Counted from the stretch's first letter, positions 1 to 18,052 are shown. The stretch is DNA of 64,000 nucleotides from Paragordius varius (GCA_964247055.1 OZ176050.1:10292001-10356000); one strand, 5' to 3'. The notes: generated from the letters alone by a model not told the origin. Numbers and translations are program-made.

Positions 1-113
1 TATTTTTCCTTTTATCACTGAAATTAAACACCAATATTGCTCTTTTGTTTTCAAATATATATATATCATTTATTAATTTCCTATAAAAAATATATTAATC
101 TCAATTTATTTAG

Positions 114-3100
114 GTGTCCCGTCAGAACTGTATTATGTTCGTAATGGAATAATCAATACATACGCCACACAATTCAGAGTTTTGGTCAAAGCCGACGTGG
201 ATAAATTGAAATTTACATGGTATAGTTTGGGGGCTCATGTGCAAGATGTAAGTTTTTTTGACTCTCAAAAATAATAATTTTATCTTAAAAAATTCAGTTT
301 ATTAAAATCTCTTATACTTAATAATTTATATCATTTTAAAACCTTAAATTAAATTTGATAGGTTGCATACAATATAACATTCACCCGGGTTGAAAGAAAT
401 ATGTTGGTGCGTCCACCTCAATTAAATATATCGCCTTCGGGATATGTCCCGTTAACCAAAACAGGTTTTTATAAACTCATCTAAAATATATACGGAAAAA
501 TTTGTTGATATATTTGACGTGTAAAATCTAATTTAAAAAACACTTAGGTTACAAAAATCACATCACATACTAATGTAATTTCTTTTTTACTTGAACCCTA
601 AAAATTATTGGATTACGATCAAACATATCCAAAAAAACAATTAGTTTTGTAAAAATTCTTTAGATCGTTTTTTCGCGTCTTTGAGTTGTTGTTGAAGAAT
701 AGGTTCATAATAGGCACAATTCAATACTCTTTTTAAGGAATGAACTCTTGGGGAAATGTAAAAAGTAATTAAAATGATGTTTTTAAAGTCTTTTAACGTT
801 AAAAATATTTTTTTCAATTACATCACGCTTTTATATAGTTCAAAAAATGATACTGTAACATAAATATAACATCTAAGAGGTGTGAAAACGCGCATTTTTA
901 TAACAATAATAATAAATGTCCAAAACTTTATTTTTATGCTCTTTTGAACTCTCCTCTGTGTAATTATGATATTAACAACAATTTGATGTACTATATACAG
1001 TAGCGTATGGTGTTAAAAATAGTTTGTCCATAATTAAAAGGAGAAAATCAATGTTAAAATATAGAAAAAAAGATTATTTAATCGCTAACATTTGTCGTTT
1101 TTTTTACCATAAACTGTGGTATGTGAATGACACAATTCTGTTATTTCGCCATTAATATAAATCAAATTGCATTTATTTTATGTCAACACTGTGAAGGATG
1201 GGAAGATGTGTATGAAAAAATTTGAGAAAAAATAATCAATACTAACTAATTTAATTCCAAAAAAGTAAGGCTTGGTCTTTTTGAAACTTGTGTTGTTTTG
1301 TAGAAAAAAAATTAATTAATTTTTTGCAGTAAAACAAGTAAAATCCTCGACAGTTAAGACATAATAAATTAGGTTCTGAACGCGAAAGAAATCAATTTTG
1401 ATTATGTAGGTGTTTACTAAAATTAAATTATATCTAAAATCTCATCAAATAGCAAAAATATTTTTAAAATTTTTTCAACCATAAATTATACATTTTCTTG
1501 GTGAAATTTGACCTACTTTAGACACAATTTATTTTTATGGACAAAATTATGTCATATCTAAAAAATTTTATACATGTATATGACCGATGACAAGTTAATT
1601 AACATTGTCTGTTTTATTATTTTAGAATTTACAGTGGAATTAGTTTGCAATCCGAGAATTGAGGCAGAGATTGATTTTGACATAATATTTTTCATCAATG
1701 TTGTGGGACGAAATGTGACATCCTTCAACCTTCAACGTAAAAAGTTTTGTCTTAAAGGTAGGCCTGTAAATTTTTTATTATATATATAAGTTAATAATTT
1801 AAAACATCCTATAAAGCGTGATTTTACATTGTTTTAAAATAACTTTGGGTGTAATCCTTATAATTGTCGTTTATGATCACAAGAAATATTTAATAAACCG
1901 TTATATTGCTATGAGCCAATTGTATTATAATGAGTAAATCAAAATATCTAATTTCTCTAATATATGAATAGGTAATTTTATTGCTTTAATATATCGAGTT
2001 TTCCTTGATTAGGGTAAGGATCAGCGGTACAATTATATATCAAAAAAAATATTAATTTAAAGTTGATAAAAATCATTCAAAAAGCCACTTAAAGTTAGGG
2101 AAAGCAGCATGATCAAAAAAGTATTGGATACCATATGAAAGGACAAAAATCATTTAACGGCAAAAAAGAAAGGGCATTTTGGATTAAATCGCTATAGGAG
2201 ATAAAAAAATAGATACTTTAATAAATAAGACTTTGTCAAATACAAACATCCAAGAAAGATTTATATCTGAACAATGTTTTGTATCTGGTAAAATCAAGGC
2301 GGTATAATTCGCCCAATAAAATTATCAATCCATGACGCCAATGCCAATTGCCTACAATTCAAGCGATAAACAAAAAAATTTCTGAAAAATAAGATGCTTT
2401 ACATCTTAAAAAAAATTTGAATTAAGTCGACATTCTTAGTTTCGAAAATTGAGGGGGTTTTCTGCAATTTAAATATTCTTTTGAAACTGGTTCACAGCTT
2501 CTCACTGAAGAGATTGATCAATATATATATTTATTTCTTATAAACGAAATTCTGTGCGACAACACAACATATATGAATACACCCAATAAATATTTTATGG
2601 TTTATTTAATATTTAATGGTTTGTTATTTGTGCAAATTTCATCCCTATATATTTAATTAAAAATACAATTTTTTCACTAGATCCAAATTATGCCAACAAT
2701 CCTCAATTAAATGAAATCAAAGGTTCATACATATTTTTAAATGTTTTGTAAAAAATTTATGAATTTTATTATTGTTTTTTGATGGAAAAAGATTGCACTT
2801 TTTGGAAATATGAATATAATCCATTATTAAAATATATATTTGTAGATTTGTTTTATATACGTAAGGAAAAAACTTATATATTTTCATTACCATTTTATTC
2901 CAATTTTGTGTTAATATCAGGTTTATATATTATTATCAAACTTCTCTGATAGCTTAATTTGGTAATTGTATGATAAATTAAAGCTTTAAATAAGTTAATT
3001 TAACAACGCAAACAAGTGGATGTACCGTTTCTTTTTGGGTATTTGACTGAAATTTAAAATAAACTATAAATTCCTAATTATAATTTATAGAGGATTCATA

Positions 3101-3285
3101 TGAAAATACCTACTATTCTCCATCAAAGCATAATACGTGGATGGAAAGCGCTTTAGCCGCCGCTGATCCTATGCCAAGATCACAAAATGAACTTGATAAT
3201 TATCCAATTGAATATGGTGGTGCTTACAATAAGTTTCAAAGCAAATTGCCTTCGATAGGTTCTTTTTTTCTAGATAAACATTTTT

Positions 3286-3363
<78 letters not shown>

Positions 3364-5574
3364 TAAATATGAGGGGTGTCCAACACAACTCGTCTCGCGG
3401 GCCCTAATTAAATATAAGGGAATCTATACATTATTTTATCGATTCTAAACATTAGAGTGGGGAATAATGGCAAAACTACTATTTGTTTCACCAATTTTTG
3501 CTAGTTTGTTGACACGATTGGAAAGATTTGTAAAATTTGTGAGAGAAATAGCAAATTTACTATGATTTTGAAAAACATATTTTTTGAGTTGTGAAATTTG
3601 TATTTATTTGGTTATTTCCAAAATTGTTGTGTGTAATATCACGGAGGGCCATATGTTGACCACTCCTGGTTCAAATTAAAATATATGGAAGGTCATTTAT
3701 TTTAATAGGTAGATAAATAATTTTGTTTGTAAAAATGGGTAAAAACAGTATAAACTTGGACAAAATTAATATAAAAATGTGTGACAATTACAACACGTGC
3801 CTGCGATTTCACATATTCACTCATTTCATTTAAATCTAAATTTACATGTCCAGGTTGATTTACGTTTAAAATTAAAAACATTTAACAACGAGTTGCATGA
3901 TTTATACCAGTGATATTACCGCCGTCCTAATAAGACTTTTTATAACCTATTACATTACGGCAAAAATAAAATATATACTGTTTCAAATAATAAAATAATA
4001 ATGTGCAAGTTATTGTTATTTTCTAAGTTTTGTCCATAAATGTTTAAATTTGTCATTCTGTACCATAGATAATCACAATTATATTGGTTCACCGTTGTAT
4101 CAAGAACGCTTATTGGCCTCAGGATCCCAATATAAAAATCCGTCTTCCACACTCACGACAAAGAAGAATAACAATAAAAGGTCATTCCAAATAAATTCCA
4201 ACAATATCATTATAATTATCGTGTGTTCGGCATTGCTTGTAGCTATGGTTGGGGGCCTCTTAACCATTTTCCTAAACTATGCCAATAAGCATAAGCAAAC
4301 ACCTCATCATGGAAAAAGTGTAAATAAGCAAGGTAGTAAGGATGGGCAAACATACCTAACCGATTCTATGGATAAAAATGGAAATTTTGCATCTAATAAT
4401 GTTACATCTAATTTCTTTGCGTTTGGATCAGGCGATAATAAAAAGAAACGAAATAAAAAAGGTGACGACAATAAGGCAGGATTAATGGCAAACAAGTCTT
4501 GGCTTTTTTGCCCCGAACCAATTAACGGTAATGGAATGATTGAAAATCATCATCATCATGCAAATAATGGTGCCACAACATATAAAAATGGAACCCTGAA
4601 AGCTAGTAAATACTACTTTTTAGCATGCTTTTATAATCAATGTCATTAATTTTAAGATAATCTGATATTATCATGACAAAAGTTTGAAACATATAATATA
4701 AAATAAATTTTACCCAAAGCAGTATAACATTTTTCAATTAATTTTGTCAGAACTATCGTAATTTTAAATCATATGAAAAGATTAAGGAACTTGAATTTTT
4801 TCAAATAAGTTGTAACATATTTTGTTTTAAGGTCGCTGAAAAATTCAATTAATATTCATATCAATCAAATATTTTTTGGAAATGTTTAATCCATATTATA
4901 CATATATACCATAGGCTATAATGGCTCTGACCTCATTGTCCAAACAAATTCAAGAAATGGAACTTTATCAAAACCACAGAGTAATTTTCAACCCTCGATG
5001 GATGTTAATTCCTTGAGGGCCGCAACTCAATACAAATTCCCTGGAATACCTCATAAAAACGACGATATTGATGCTAATGTTTTAGTGATTCAACCACCTC
5101 AAAACTTTAGCGTGAATCCCGCGGCAGGTAAAGCAAATGTAATTTAAAATACCCATCGAAAAGAATTTTTTGATGGTTAAGAAATTCTATTTATTTGAAC
5201 AATTATTTTGGCTATAAAGATAGCTTTCAGGAAAATAACGCCATAAAAAATTATAATCAGCAACTGTAATAATCAAATCATTTCCAAAAAATGCTCTTAT
5301 TAAATAAAATTTATAATATTAAAAAATAAAACATCTGTTTAGGATGATTGATTTAAACCGATTGCAGTTATCTTATCGGTCATCAGAAAAATAAGTGACA
5401 TGTCGTGATATAATAATTCTAAATATAAAAATAAAACCGATTTACTAATAACGCTCCCATATTTATTACACTTTGTGTTTATACTTTTATTATTCTAAAT
5501 TTTGTTATAGGCATAATTGGTGGATAAAATTTTAAAAAAACCTTAAAAATGACACTTATAATACTAAAAAGTTT

Positions 5575-5610
<36 letters not shown>

Positions 5611-8600
5611 TTTTCCGTAAAGGTTTAAAGGATATTTCCCTTTCCTATAATACCGCTACCGCATCTACCATGTATTCGGACAAAAATCACGATTATTCCA
5701 GCGCTCAACCAACATTAGATGCCAATCAAAGCAATCATATTAACAATCCCATCAACAATATGCCTTTTAGGCCCGTTGTATCTCCACCAAATCATGTGAC
5801 TGAAAGATATGGCGGATCTGATAAACATTTATTGATCAAAGGTAAAAAGTTTTGAGGGTAAATTATATAATTATTTAGGCTAATCAGTGAGCCATTTTAT
5901 AAAAATTTAAAATATTTATATCTAGTTCGTCCTTCTTTTCTAAGAGGTAAATAAGCTAACGCTCATAGTAAGTCTGCATGAGGCCATATCTAGGAAAATT
6001 TTTCATTAAATAGGAAATTGTAATTTAGGATAAATATTTTTAAAATAGTATGTAATCAACTTTTTACTCTTAAAAAATTTAATTCACCCTATTCTTTGGA
6101 ACAACTCTGTTAATATTAGCTTTGTAAAAATTACTATACCTATACTTTTAGGATGTCATGTTCAAAACGCTTATAATAATAATCATACTGTAACAACCAA
6201 TACAAATGCAAACTTAAATTCTGTCAATAAATTTTATTCGGATCAAAATATGATGATGGTTTTGGATAATAGCATGGCTGGGAATCATTCAGCTAAAAGT
6301 GCAGGTATACATACTCAAGCCCTTGAACCTAATCCGTATTTTGATGCAATGTACCACGGATTACAAGAATACCAACAACTTAAACAACAAAAAACTGACA
6401 AGGGTGTAGCGCAATCATCGAGCAGACAATTGTCAACTGGTAATAAATCGCTACATTTTTCTGACATCAATGTAACATCGTATAATCATCAAGAACAACA
6501 ACAACAACTAGGGAATAATATGGAAAGAAAACATGAAGAGAATCTTAAAAATAATAATGATGCACTACTTGCCAACAATAATAGCAATACTAATCTTATT
6601 CAATATGATATCTCAAACTATGTTTTGCAAGGCCTTCCAAACGCTCCGCCCCCTCCCCCTAATCAGGGACTCCAACGAACTGGATACAACCACACACAAT
6701 ATGATTCCAACGCTACAAATGCGGATAATCAAGTATAACTAAGTTATCTGTGGGCGAAAATTTATTAATTTTATTCATTTTAATGTTTTTTATAAGTATT
6801 ATTGGTAGAGTGAGTTGATCATCGGATTAGTAACACTACTCTGAAATATTAAGTGTTAGAATCTCGAAACTGCGCAATATTCTGTCATTAACGTTGAGTA
6901 AGCGCAATCTTTCGTTGGCTTTTATGACATTTTAATTTGTGTATAATGGTTGTTTAATATCAGTGACATATTTCAGGTACTATTATTATAAACGTTATAA
7001 GAGTAGCTGGTTGGTAAAGTTTGTTACTTATCAAAAAAATCCTACTTAGAGTCATTGGACAGATGATTACATATTTATTCATTACTTGTCAAATTATTTA
7101 ATAATATGTATATGTTTAGTTACCCTTATACGATGAACGAACCCTGTCATCTGGTTCATTTCGACCATCCAAATCGGATGGAAGAAATGGTCATGTTAAT
7201 GGAGAATTGAATATAAATTATGGTCAGCATAATAATTCGCAGCAATCATTAATACGTAAACAACGAATGAAATGTAATGCTACACCATCAAAAAATTTAT
7301 ATGACACCATACCTGAAGAAAGTGGTATGCAAAAAACATTTGATATGTGGCATATTTTCCGATTTTTTTTGTTTTAAATTTTTGATTAGCACTCAGTATG
7401 TATTTGTCTTTTTTATATACCATTTACAATTCAAATTCACCCTCAAACAATTCAAATTAATCCTGAAATAAATTATATGTTTTTTAAGATTAAAAAACTA
7501 CCTATATTTTTATATATTTTTATGAAATAAAATTTTGTTTTAAATTTAAATAATACTGAAATATTTCATATTAATAATGAGTTATATCAGTTCGAAAACA
7601 CATAATTTATTTTTAGGGTGAATTAGAATTGTTCAAGGGAGAATTTGAATTGTTCGAGGGTGTGAATTGTTCAAGGGAGAATTTCAACTGTAAATGGTAT
7701 ATTTTGGTATAGAAAAAGAAACAGCCGTACAAAATGAGCCCATGTATATTGATCCTAAATCAATTAAACTTGGCGATGTGATGCTTGAAGGTATTATTTA
7801 CTAGTTACCTTATTTATTTAATTGGAACTAAAGTTGGATTTGACCGGTTACAAATGTAATCGTAGCTGTGACTGTGATCTCTTTTTATGGTCATAATTTG
7901 ACGCCATTCATTACGTAATAATATAACTAATATAAAATAACGGTTTTAAAATTTAACCAAAATGTGTAAATTCTATATATATTGATTATTTTAACAATAT
8001 ATAAAACCAATTTCATTGGTAATTTTTAGTTTCAGCACTTTACCTTTTATATCTTAATTGATTCGGCTTTTAAAGATCTATGTGGAAAATGATAAGTAAA
8101 ATATATATGATATTTTATCATCAAGGCACGTTTGGACAAATCCGTACCGTTCATTTAACCATTCCGGATCCAATTAATCACCAGGAAACTATCACTTATA
8201 GCTTATTGGCTAAAATGTTAAAAAGTATGTTTATCTTTTTCCACCAAAATTTATATTTTTATATCCATATAGTAAAATTTATATATTTTATATATTCAGC
8301 CAAGCTCTCATTGACACCCATACAACGAAAAATGTTTGTAAAAGAATGTGCCTACAATAAATTCAAGTTTGATGAAAAACGTAATAACGGATCACAAAAT
8401 GATACCGATGACAACCTTCAACAAGATTTTTATAATAGTTATGGGAAAGAGGATTTGATTGGTGAATCCCGTCTAACAACTATTCTAGGTTCTAGTCGTT
8501 TACAAAATGAAAGTGAAAAAGGCCATACACGAAATGATAGTAGCAACAACAATAATAATAATATGCGTAAGAAAAGAAGTAAGACAAAAACGGAAAAATC

Positions 8601-10981
8601 TCAAAAACTCATTTGCACAACATCTGATTCCGATGAAATGGTTTCTGATACCAATTTAGTACGCAACAATACTTACCCATTGCAAATGTGTGATATGCTG
8701 ATTTATGATTTGACTATGACACCAAATTTTGCTACACGGACACATAACTTGAATTTACTACTTAATCAGTACAGAGATACCCCAGAGCTTTTTATTCAAT
8801 CCAATATAAGGGTATGTATACCATGTTAATACCAATTAAAATAAATACTTAACCTTCTATATATAGCCGATTTTTTTAGAATGTAAATCAACGATAGAAA
8901 TGTATGGTTGCAACATTTTTATGTGTAAAATTAATCACATAAGTTGTAGAAAAAATATCAAGGATCAATAAAAATATGTTAGCCTATGAAAAAATTTATT
9001 GTATATCATTTATGTTTGGTCCTTAAAATTTTTATTTTTAGTGTATATCTTGTTATATCGGTTTCTATTATACTATTATGAATATATTTTTAGTTTTCCA
9101 CGGTTGATTTTGTCGATATGGCTATACAACTGTTACAAGCTTTAAGTACACTCCATAGAAAGGGTATCATACACAAAGACATTGCAGCTCGCAATTGCTA
9201 GTATACTTTTTCTATGTTTATAAAATTAATGAAATTTTTTTAATTTTCAACCTATCATTCCAATTAATTAAGATAAAAATAGGATATATCTATCAGTATA
9301 CTAACTTTAGGATCAACGCTTAGTAATTTAAATTTACTAAAATATTTTTAGCATCATACTAACGCCCACGATAAGCCTAAAGTTGTGTGATACGACTTTG
9401 TCGCGAGACATTTTCCCCGCCGAATATAGTTGTTTGGGTGACAATGAAAATCGTCCAATCAAATGGATGGCTTTGGAATCCTTGCTTTACAATCAATATA
9501 CTTTCAACAGTGATATAGTATATAATACTTATGATTACCCATTTTAACATAAAATGTTACCGTTGTTATATTTTTGTTTCATATCGCGCTGTTAAAAATC
9601 CTGTCGTATAACTATTAAATAATTTGGTTATTTGTGTAAAGTTTTTGACTCACCGTAGAATGTAAGAGGTTGTTCAAGTATGGTATAAAATATAATGCTA
9701 CAAAACCATCTTTCTATTTATTTACCAAAAGCTTTGAGTTTATGATGTTTGTAAAAACTTAGTTATTGTTGGTTGCTTCACAATATAGTTAGGCAATTTG
9801 CAACACAGTAGTGTATGGAGATAACAACAAAATGTTGAAAAAATAATTTTTTTCTTTTTTCCAAACACTCTTGTGTTGCGAATTACCCAACTATAGTGTG
9901 AAATAAGCAAACATTAAAATGGACACTGTATATAGCTCCAGCAATAATTTTATTTATAACATTATTAATTTTCGTTTTCTTGATAAAAAATTTTTCACAA
10001 AATAAACTAAGATTAATATTTAATTCATTTTATATTAATTATAAAATATTATTGTGATTCAATTTCTTTAGTGGTCATTCGGTGTAACGCTTTGGGAAAT
10101 TATGAGTTACGGTATAATGCCCTATTATGATATCGATCCCTTCGAAATGGCCAAATGTTTGAAACGTGGCATGAGATTACCCCAACTCTCTACTTGTCCG
10201 GATCAAATGTAAATGCAAAAATATTTAAAACAATAAAATAATTATATTTTAATATATATTAATTCTGAGACTTTTTACATTAAAATTTGTATCATAGTGT
10301 GTTAAATTTGACGCAAAAATGTAGTTTTATTTTAAGTAATTTTTTGAATATAAAAAATCATTCTGAATCGAAAAAATTATTGGGAAATAATATAAATAAA
10401 AATTGAATTTTAGCCATCAAGTGGTAAAGAAAGGATAAATTTTATTTATGACAAAAATTAAAATAATAACCAATTAGCTAATAGTAAATTACATTACTAT
10501 ATAATTTATAAGGAGATTTACTCTTCCAAAGTGAAGTATCCAAAAGGCTATAAAAATATTTTTTAAGGAAATAATATTTGCAATATCTATTGACAAAATA
10601 AGGCTTTATATTAAAACCAATGTTTAACTTCCAACATTAAAACACATCAGTAAATTATCACAATATTCAATAAAATATTTTTTTAAAGTTTTGAAGATAC
10701 CATACCTCCAAAGGCCTATAAATTATTTTATTCTATATGGTAATTTTATTCAATAATATTAAATTCTAATCTCCTTTTAAGATGTCTGGTGTATGGCATT
10801 CAAACCAACATTTTTTAGATTTCTATCTTTAATATCAATCATAATTATAATATATTTTGACAATTGTAGATATTCTATCATCCTAAATTGCCTTGATGAA
10901 AATCCGGAAAATCGTCCGCCAATCTGTGATCTACTTGCATATTTGGAACATTTTACTAAAGCTTTGGATAAATATATATAG
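114..10981 (+). CDS. RYK: RYK/Derailed-family receptor tyrosine pseudokinase (5'-partial, multi-exon; WIF ectodomain, TM helix, kinase domain)
   Basis: WIF-like exons at 114-247 (VPSELYYVRNGIINTYATQFRVLVKADVDKLKFTWYSL), 362-465 and ~1627-1758 (FTVELVC...FNLQRKKFC). TM segment IIIIIVCSALLVAMVGGLLTIFL at ~4200-4280. Kinase motifs: LGDVMLEG|TFGQI, HKDIAARNC (~9170), LCDTTLSRDIFPAEYSCLGDNENRPIKWMALES (~9385-9480), WSFGVTLWEIMSYG (~10072), and end CLDENPENRP...ALDKYI* at 10981. The CLGDNENRP motif and a DNA-like replacement of DFG are characteristic of RYK. Confidence 0.95.
3288..3360. repeat. (TA)n microsatellite in a RYK intron
   Basis: Uninterrupted TA run seen directly; it explains the IYIY stretch in ORF 3141..3407. 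Confidence 0.95.
5577..5609. repeat. (TA)n microsatellite
   Basis: TA run just upstream of a RYK acceptor site. Confidence 0.9.
7560..7699. mobile_element. Right half of a small MITE (same family as 46796-47019) with internal GAATTGTTCAAGGG subrepeats
   Basis: Shares CGAAAACACATAATTTATTTTTAGG(G/A)TGAATT and the terminal TGTAAAT(G/A)GTA-TA with the 46.8-47.0 kb copy. Confidence 0.6.
9771..9912. mobile_element. ~140-bp MITE-like inverted-repeat element
   Basis: Arms GGTTGCTTCACAATATAGTTAGGCAATTTGCAACAC and GTGTTGCGAATTACCCAACTATAGTGTGAAATAAGCAA are inverted copies; a related copy lies at 45822-45947. Confidence 0.65.
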
Positions 10982-13957
10982 GTCGGTTTTACCACACTTT
11001 GTCAAATATCATTTATTCTTGCCTGATTGTGGAAATCATGTGCATTTATCAGCATTTTAAATTCAGGGTACCTCAAGAATTTAATGGAATAATTGCATGT
11101 CCATTATTTACATATGAGTTTGTTTAGTCAATTAATGCGTGTGCACTTTGAATTTAGAAATTTTTAATAGTATATGTTATGTAATTATTTATGTGTATTT
11201 ATATAATTTTATAATTAATAATAAATTTTTAGATCTTGTAAAAATGTTTAAATCTTTACTTAAATTTTTTAGGCTTTGACAAAGGTAGTTTTAGGATTCC
11301 ATATCTTTTTTGCTCGATCTTATTTGCTATACTTGGTTAATTTTAAGAAAAAAACGACTTCAATTTACTGGCGAATCCCATAAAACTATTTTAAAATGTA
11401 ATGAATGACATTCTTTTGATATTGATTTTTTGATCATAAGAGATTTCGGTAATTCTTTGACATGATGATTCATGAATATTTATAGTGTTTGGATTTCACA
11501 AGTTTAGGTAATAATTGCTTAATATACGTTAATGATTAACCAGACTGACAAATAGTATTTTTCAATACAGGATGCTATCTGTTTAAATTTTTCTAAAATT
11601 CCTTAATCGTCGTATTTTTTACGAGTTTGATATCTAGTTGCCCTTGAGTCATAAGGTGCAAAAGTATCTAAAACTAAGAGGCGAATTAAGGCGTTTCAAG
11701 TCAAAAACTACTTTAAAAATTTGTTTTATGAGTTATTGATTAAAATTCAAATAAAAGATGTGAAGTAGGTATTTTATCTCGTACCACTAATCGTTCAAAG
11801 AGGTGCATTTTAACCCTATGGATCGACCGAATTTTACAAAAATCGGTTTTACATATGATAGCATAAAAATTGTCACAAAAAAGCCATAATATATTCACAT
11901 ATTTAATGAATTTTTAGTTGACATAAAAATGCAAAAAAACTTTGTTTGAAATAAATTTGGGGGAAAAAGGTTTCCCTCAAAACTAAACAGTAGCGCAGCG
12001 TAGCTACTGAGTAACCACTCATATAACCATAAATTTTGAAAGATTTTTTAGGAAATAAAAAATACCATCAAAATAAATTAAAATTAAGTTATCTTTTTTG
12101 TTGTAAATTGATAATTTTTTTATCAACATTTATGTAATCTGAAATAGAAAATTTATTTAGTAAGTCCTTTATTGTCGACCACTTCATATTATTTATGGCC
12201 AATTGGCAATACAGTAAGGTGTGAGTATAAAAACAAGATGGCGATATTAAACGATCTTTCTTTATCTTAAAAGATTACATTTGTATATTTAATTAAGGAT
12301 AAAATATGCTTTATATTATATAATACTGTACCACCAATTGGCCATTAAATAAAGGGTATACTGCAATCCAAATTTCTCGCAACATCTTTATAACTATAAC
12401 CATTGGACTATATTTATAATCACAGTTTTCATCAATTGTAATCTAACAGTTTCAAAATTATTTATATATATAAAATATTTATTCTAATATATATCATTTT
12501 ATTAACTTGATCGTGGCTAAAACTATTGCCGATAAAATAAAATTGTGAAAAATCATATGATTATGGAAAATAAATGGCTAAAATTTCAAGAATTTCGGTA
12601 GACGAATGAAACAATAAATAAAAAAAGACAATCAATTAAAATTAACCGTTAAGTGGTTTTTCCCAAAAGTCCAAATTAGATAAAAACAGGTAAAAAGGAA
12701 CAGAGTTGCTATTATTTGAATTCATTTTTTTCTGAATTCGACGCCATATAAAAATGCAATTTTTTTGTAGCGTATAAATTCCCCCCCCCCCCTGATATAA
12801 CATAGGGAAAAAAACTAAAACTGCCAACTTTTGATTCCGTGTATTCTTTGAAACTTTAATTTTTTATCATTTTTAAGAAATTATATAATATATTCCATTA
12901 ATATATTTAAATTTTTGATACTTTGAATGGAAATTTGGCTCAAATTAAACACATTAATATAATAACCCCAAAATAAAATATCATAACTGAATTACTCAAT
13001 ATATCATTTAATCGATTGATTTTGCCTTGTGAAACTTGTTAAAATGTGTATATTCGCTTTGTAGCTTTATTAACTATTTATGAATGAATGGATTCATAAG
13101 CGCTCAAACCGGTTATTTTTTTTGACTGGACAAAAGCAGGATTTTTGACCGTTTAGAAGCCAAATAAGTTTTTCAAAAACGGTTTCAAAACCGTTTAAAA
13201 TATACGGAACTGCGGTTGTTGAAGGGTAAAAAAGTATGTTTTGTAATTTATTCTCTATTTTTAAAATTTTTGATATAAGGTATACCCTATTTTCTATTTT
13301 AATTATATCACGTTTTGCATTTTTTGGGGAGGGAAGTAGCATATAACAATTTCTTCTTATATTTGCTTATATTTTTGTGATACCACGGGGCATCAAAATA
13401 ATAGCCTATCGCTAAATTTATAAAAGAGGATATTTGAACCATTTGACTACTAATTAAACTGAACTTAAATTATATTGGCAAAAACTTTTCATTTCAAGAA
13501 CCATTTAAAAAATTGATTAAAACAGTTTTCATTTCGATCTCAAGATTTTACATTTTTTATTAATATTGATTATTAGTATGCGAAATAGTTGCCTTGTGAC
13601 CGCGCTTGAGTGGATTCGTATAATTTTTTAGTTATAAAATAGCAAATATTTTGAAACTAATATGTGGGACATTTTCATTTCCCATTTAAAACGCATTTTT
13701 TAAACCTATTTTCAACATTATCATCGTTTAACTACCATTAAAGTCCATTCGTTTAATTTTTTCGATCAAAAGAGTATTGGCATATATATACAAAAATATA
13801 ATAATAAGTTTAGAATTTTTTATTGGTTGCACAATCGGAAAAAAATTTAAATGTAAAAAAAGTAAATGGAGAAGCAACCTTGAATGTTGATGTATATTAA
13901 AAATAATAGTGAGTAGTGATTTCATACGTAATTGTGGAAATATGTATATAATGGAAA

Positions 13958-13958
<1 letters not shown>

Positions 13959-14000
<42 letters not shown>
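13959..14000. repeat. (TA)n microsatellite
   Basis: TA run seen directly. Confidence 0.9.
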
Positions 14001-14001
<1 letters not shown>

Positions 14002-14347
14002 CAATTTTTTTATAGGCAACAAAATTATTATTATTTGAAAATATTATTATAATAATAATATAATAAACAATACATTTTTTTCGCGTCAAAAAAACAATCG
14101 ATTAAAAATATGCATAATTATTGTTAAATATTGGTATAATATGTTCATTTTCCGATGATATCTTCGTCGATATTGTGCAAAAAATCTCTATCTCTCAGAA
14201 AAATATTTAAGAGTATTTATGGGATTTCCAAAATTATTACTTAAAACTAAAAAATATTAAGTAATTTATTTTTAACATAAAATTTGGTTTATACGGGGCA
14301 CAAAAAACGGTGGTTAATTTATTATCACGATAAGGTGACAGATTTTT

Positions 14348-14349
<2 letters not shown>

Positions 14350-14402
<53 letters not shown>

Positions 14403-14462
14403 CAAATTTTTTAACAAACAAAATATTTTAAGTGAATATATATATATATATATATATATATA
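14350..14462. repeat. Two (TA)n microsatellites (14350-14398 and 14437-14462)
   Basis: TA runs seen directly; they produce the spurious IYIY ORF 14284..14589. Confidence 0.9.
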
Positions 14463-14867
14463 CTGTGAATTTAACCAATATTCAAATCGACGTGTTATTT
14501 TTTTGTTTTATATCCGTTTCAATGTTATTCTTCACTTTTTAATTTTTTTTATTTTATATTTTAGAGATAAATTTAATCCAATATTATAATACTTACTAAA
14601 TTACTATCAACGCATCGTTACATCATCAATCTGAATAATATAAGTGAAAACATTTCAATATTAATCTTTACATAAATTAATAATTTTAATAGTATTTTTG
14701 ATTATTTCGAATCACGCAATCAGATATATGCATTGTATGTGGTAAAAAGTAATTTTTTCCATTTCTCCACAAAGTCTTTCAAAAAAACCAATTTACACAT
14801 ATTTTATTATTCCTTTAACACCGCGGGACAATCCATAAATTTTATTTGGAAAAATTGAATTGGAAAA

Positions 14868-18052
<3,185 letters not shown>

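Noticed and set aside
10781-10828. Alternative upstream acceptor for the last RYK exon
   Set aside because: It gives an immediate stop and no kinase similarity; the acceptor at 10868 restores the RYK C-terminus.
14284-14589. IYIY-rich ORF (similarly the tail of 3141..3407)
   Set aside because: Read-through of (TA)n microsatellites.
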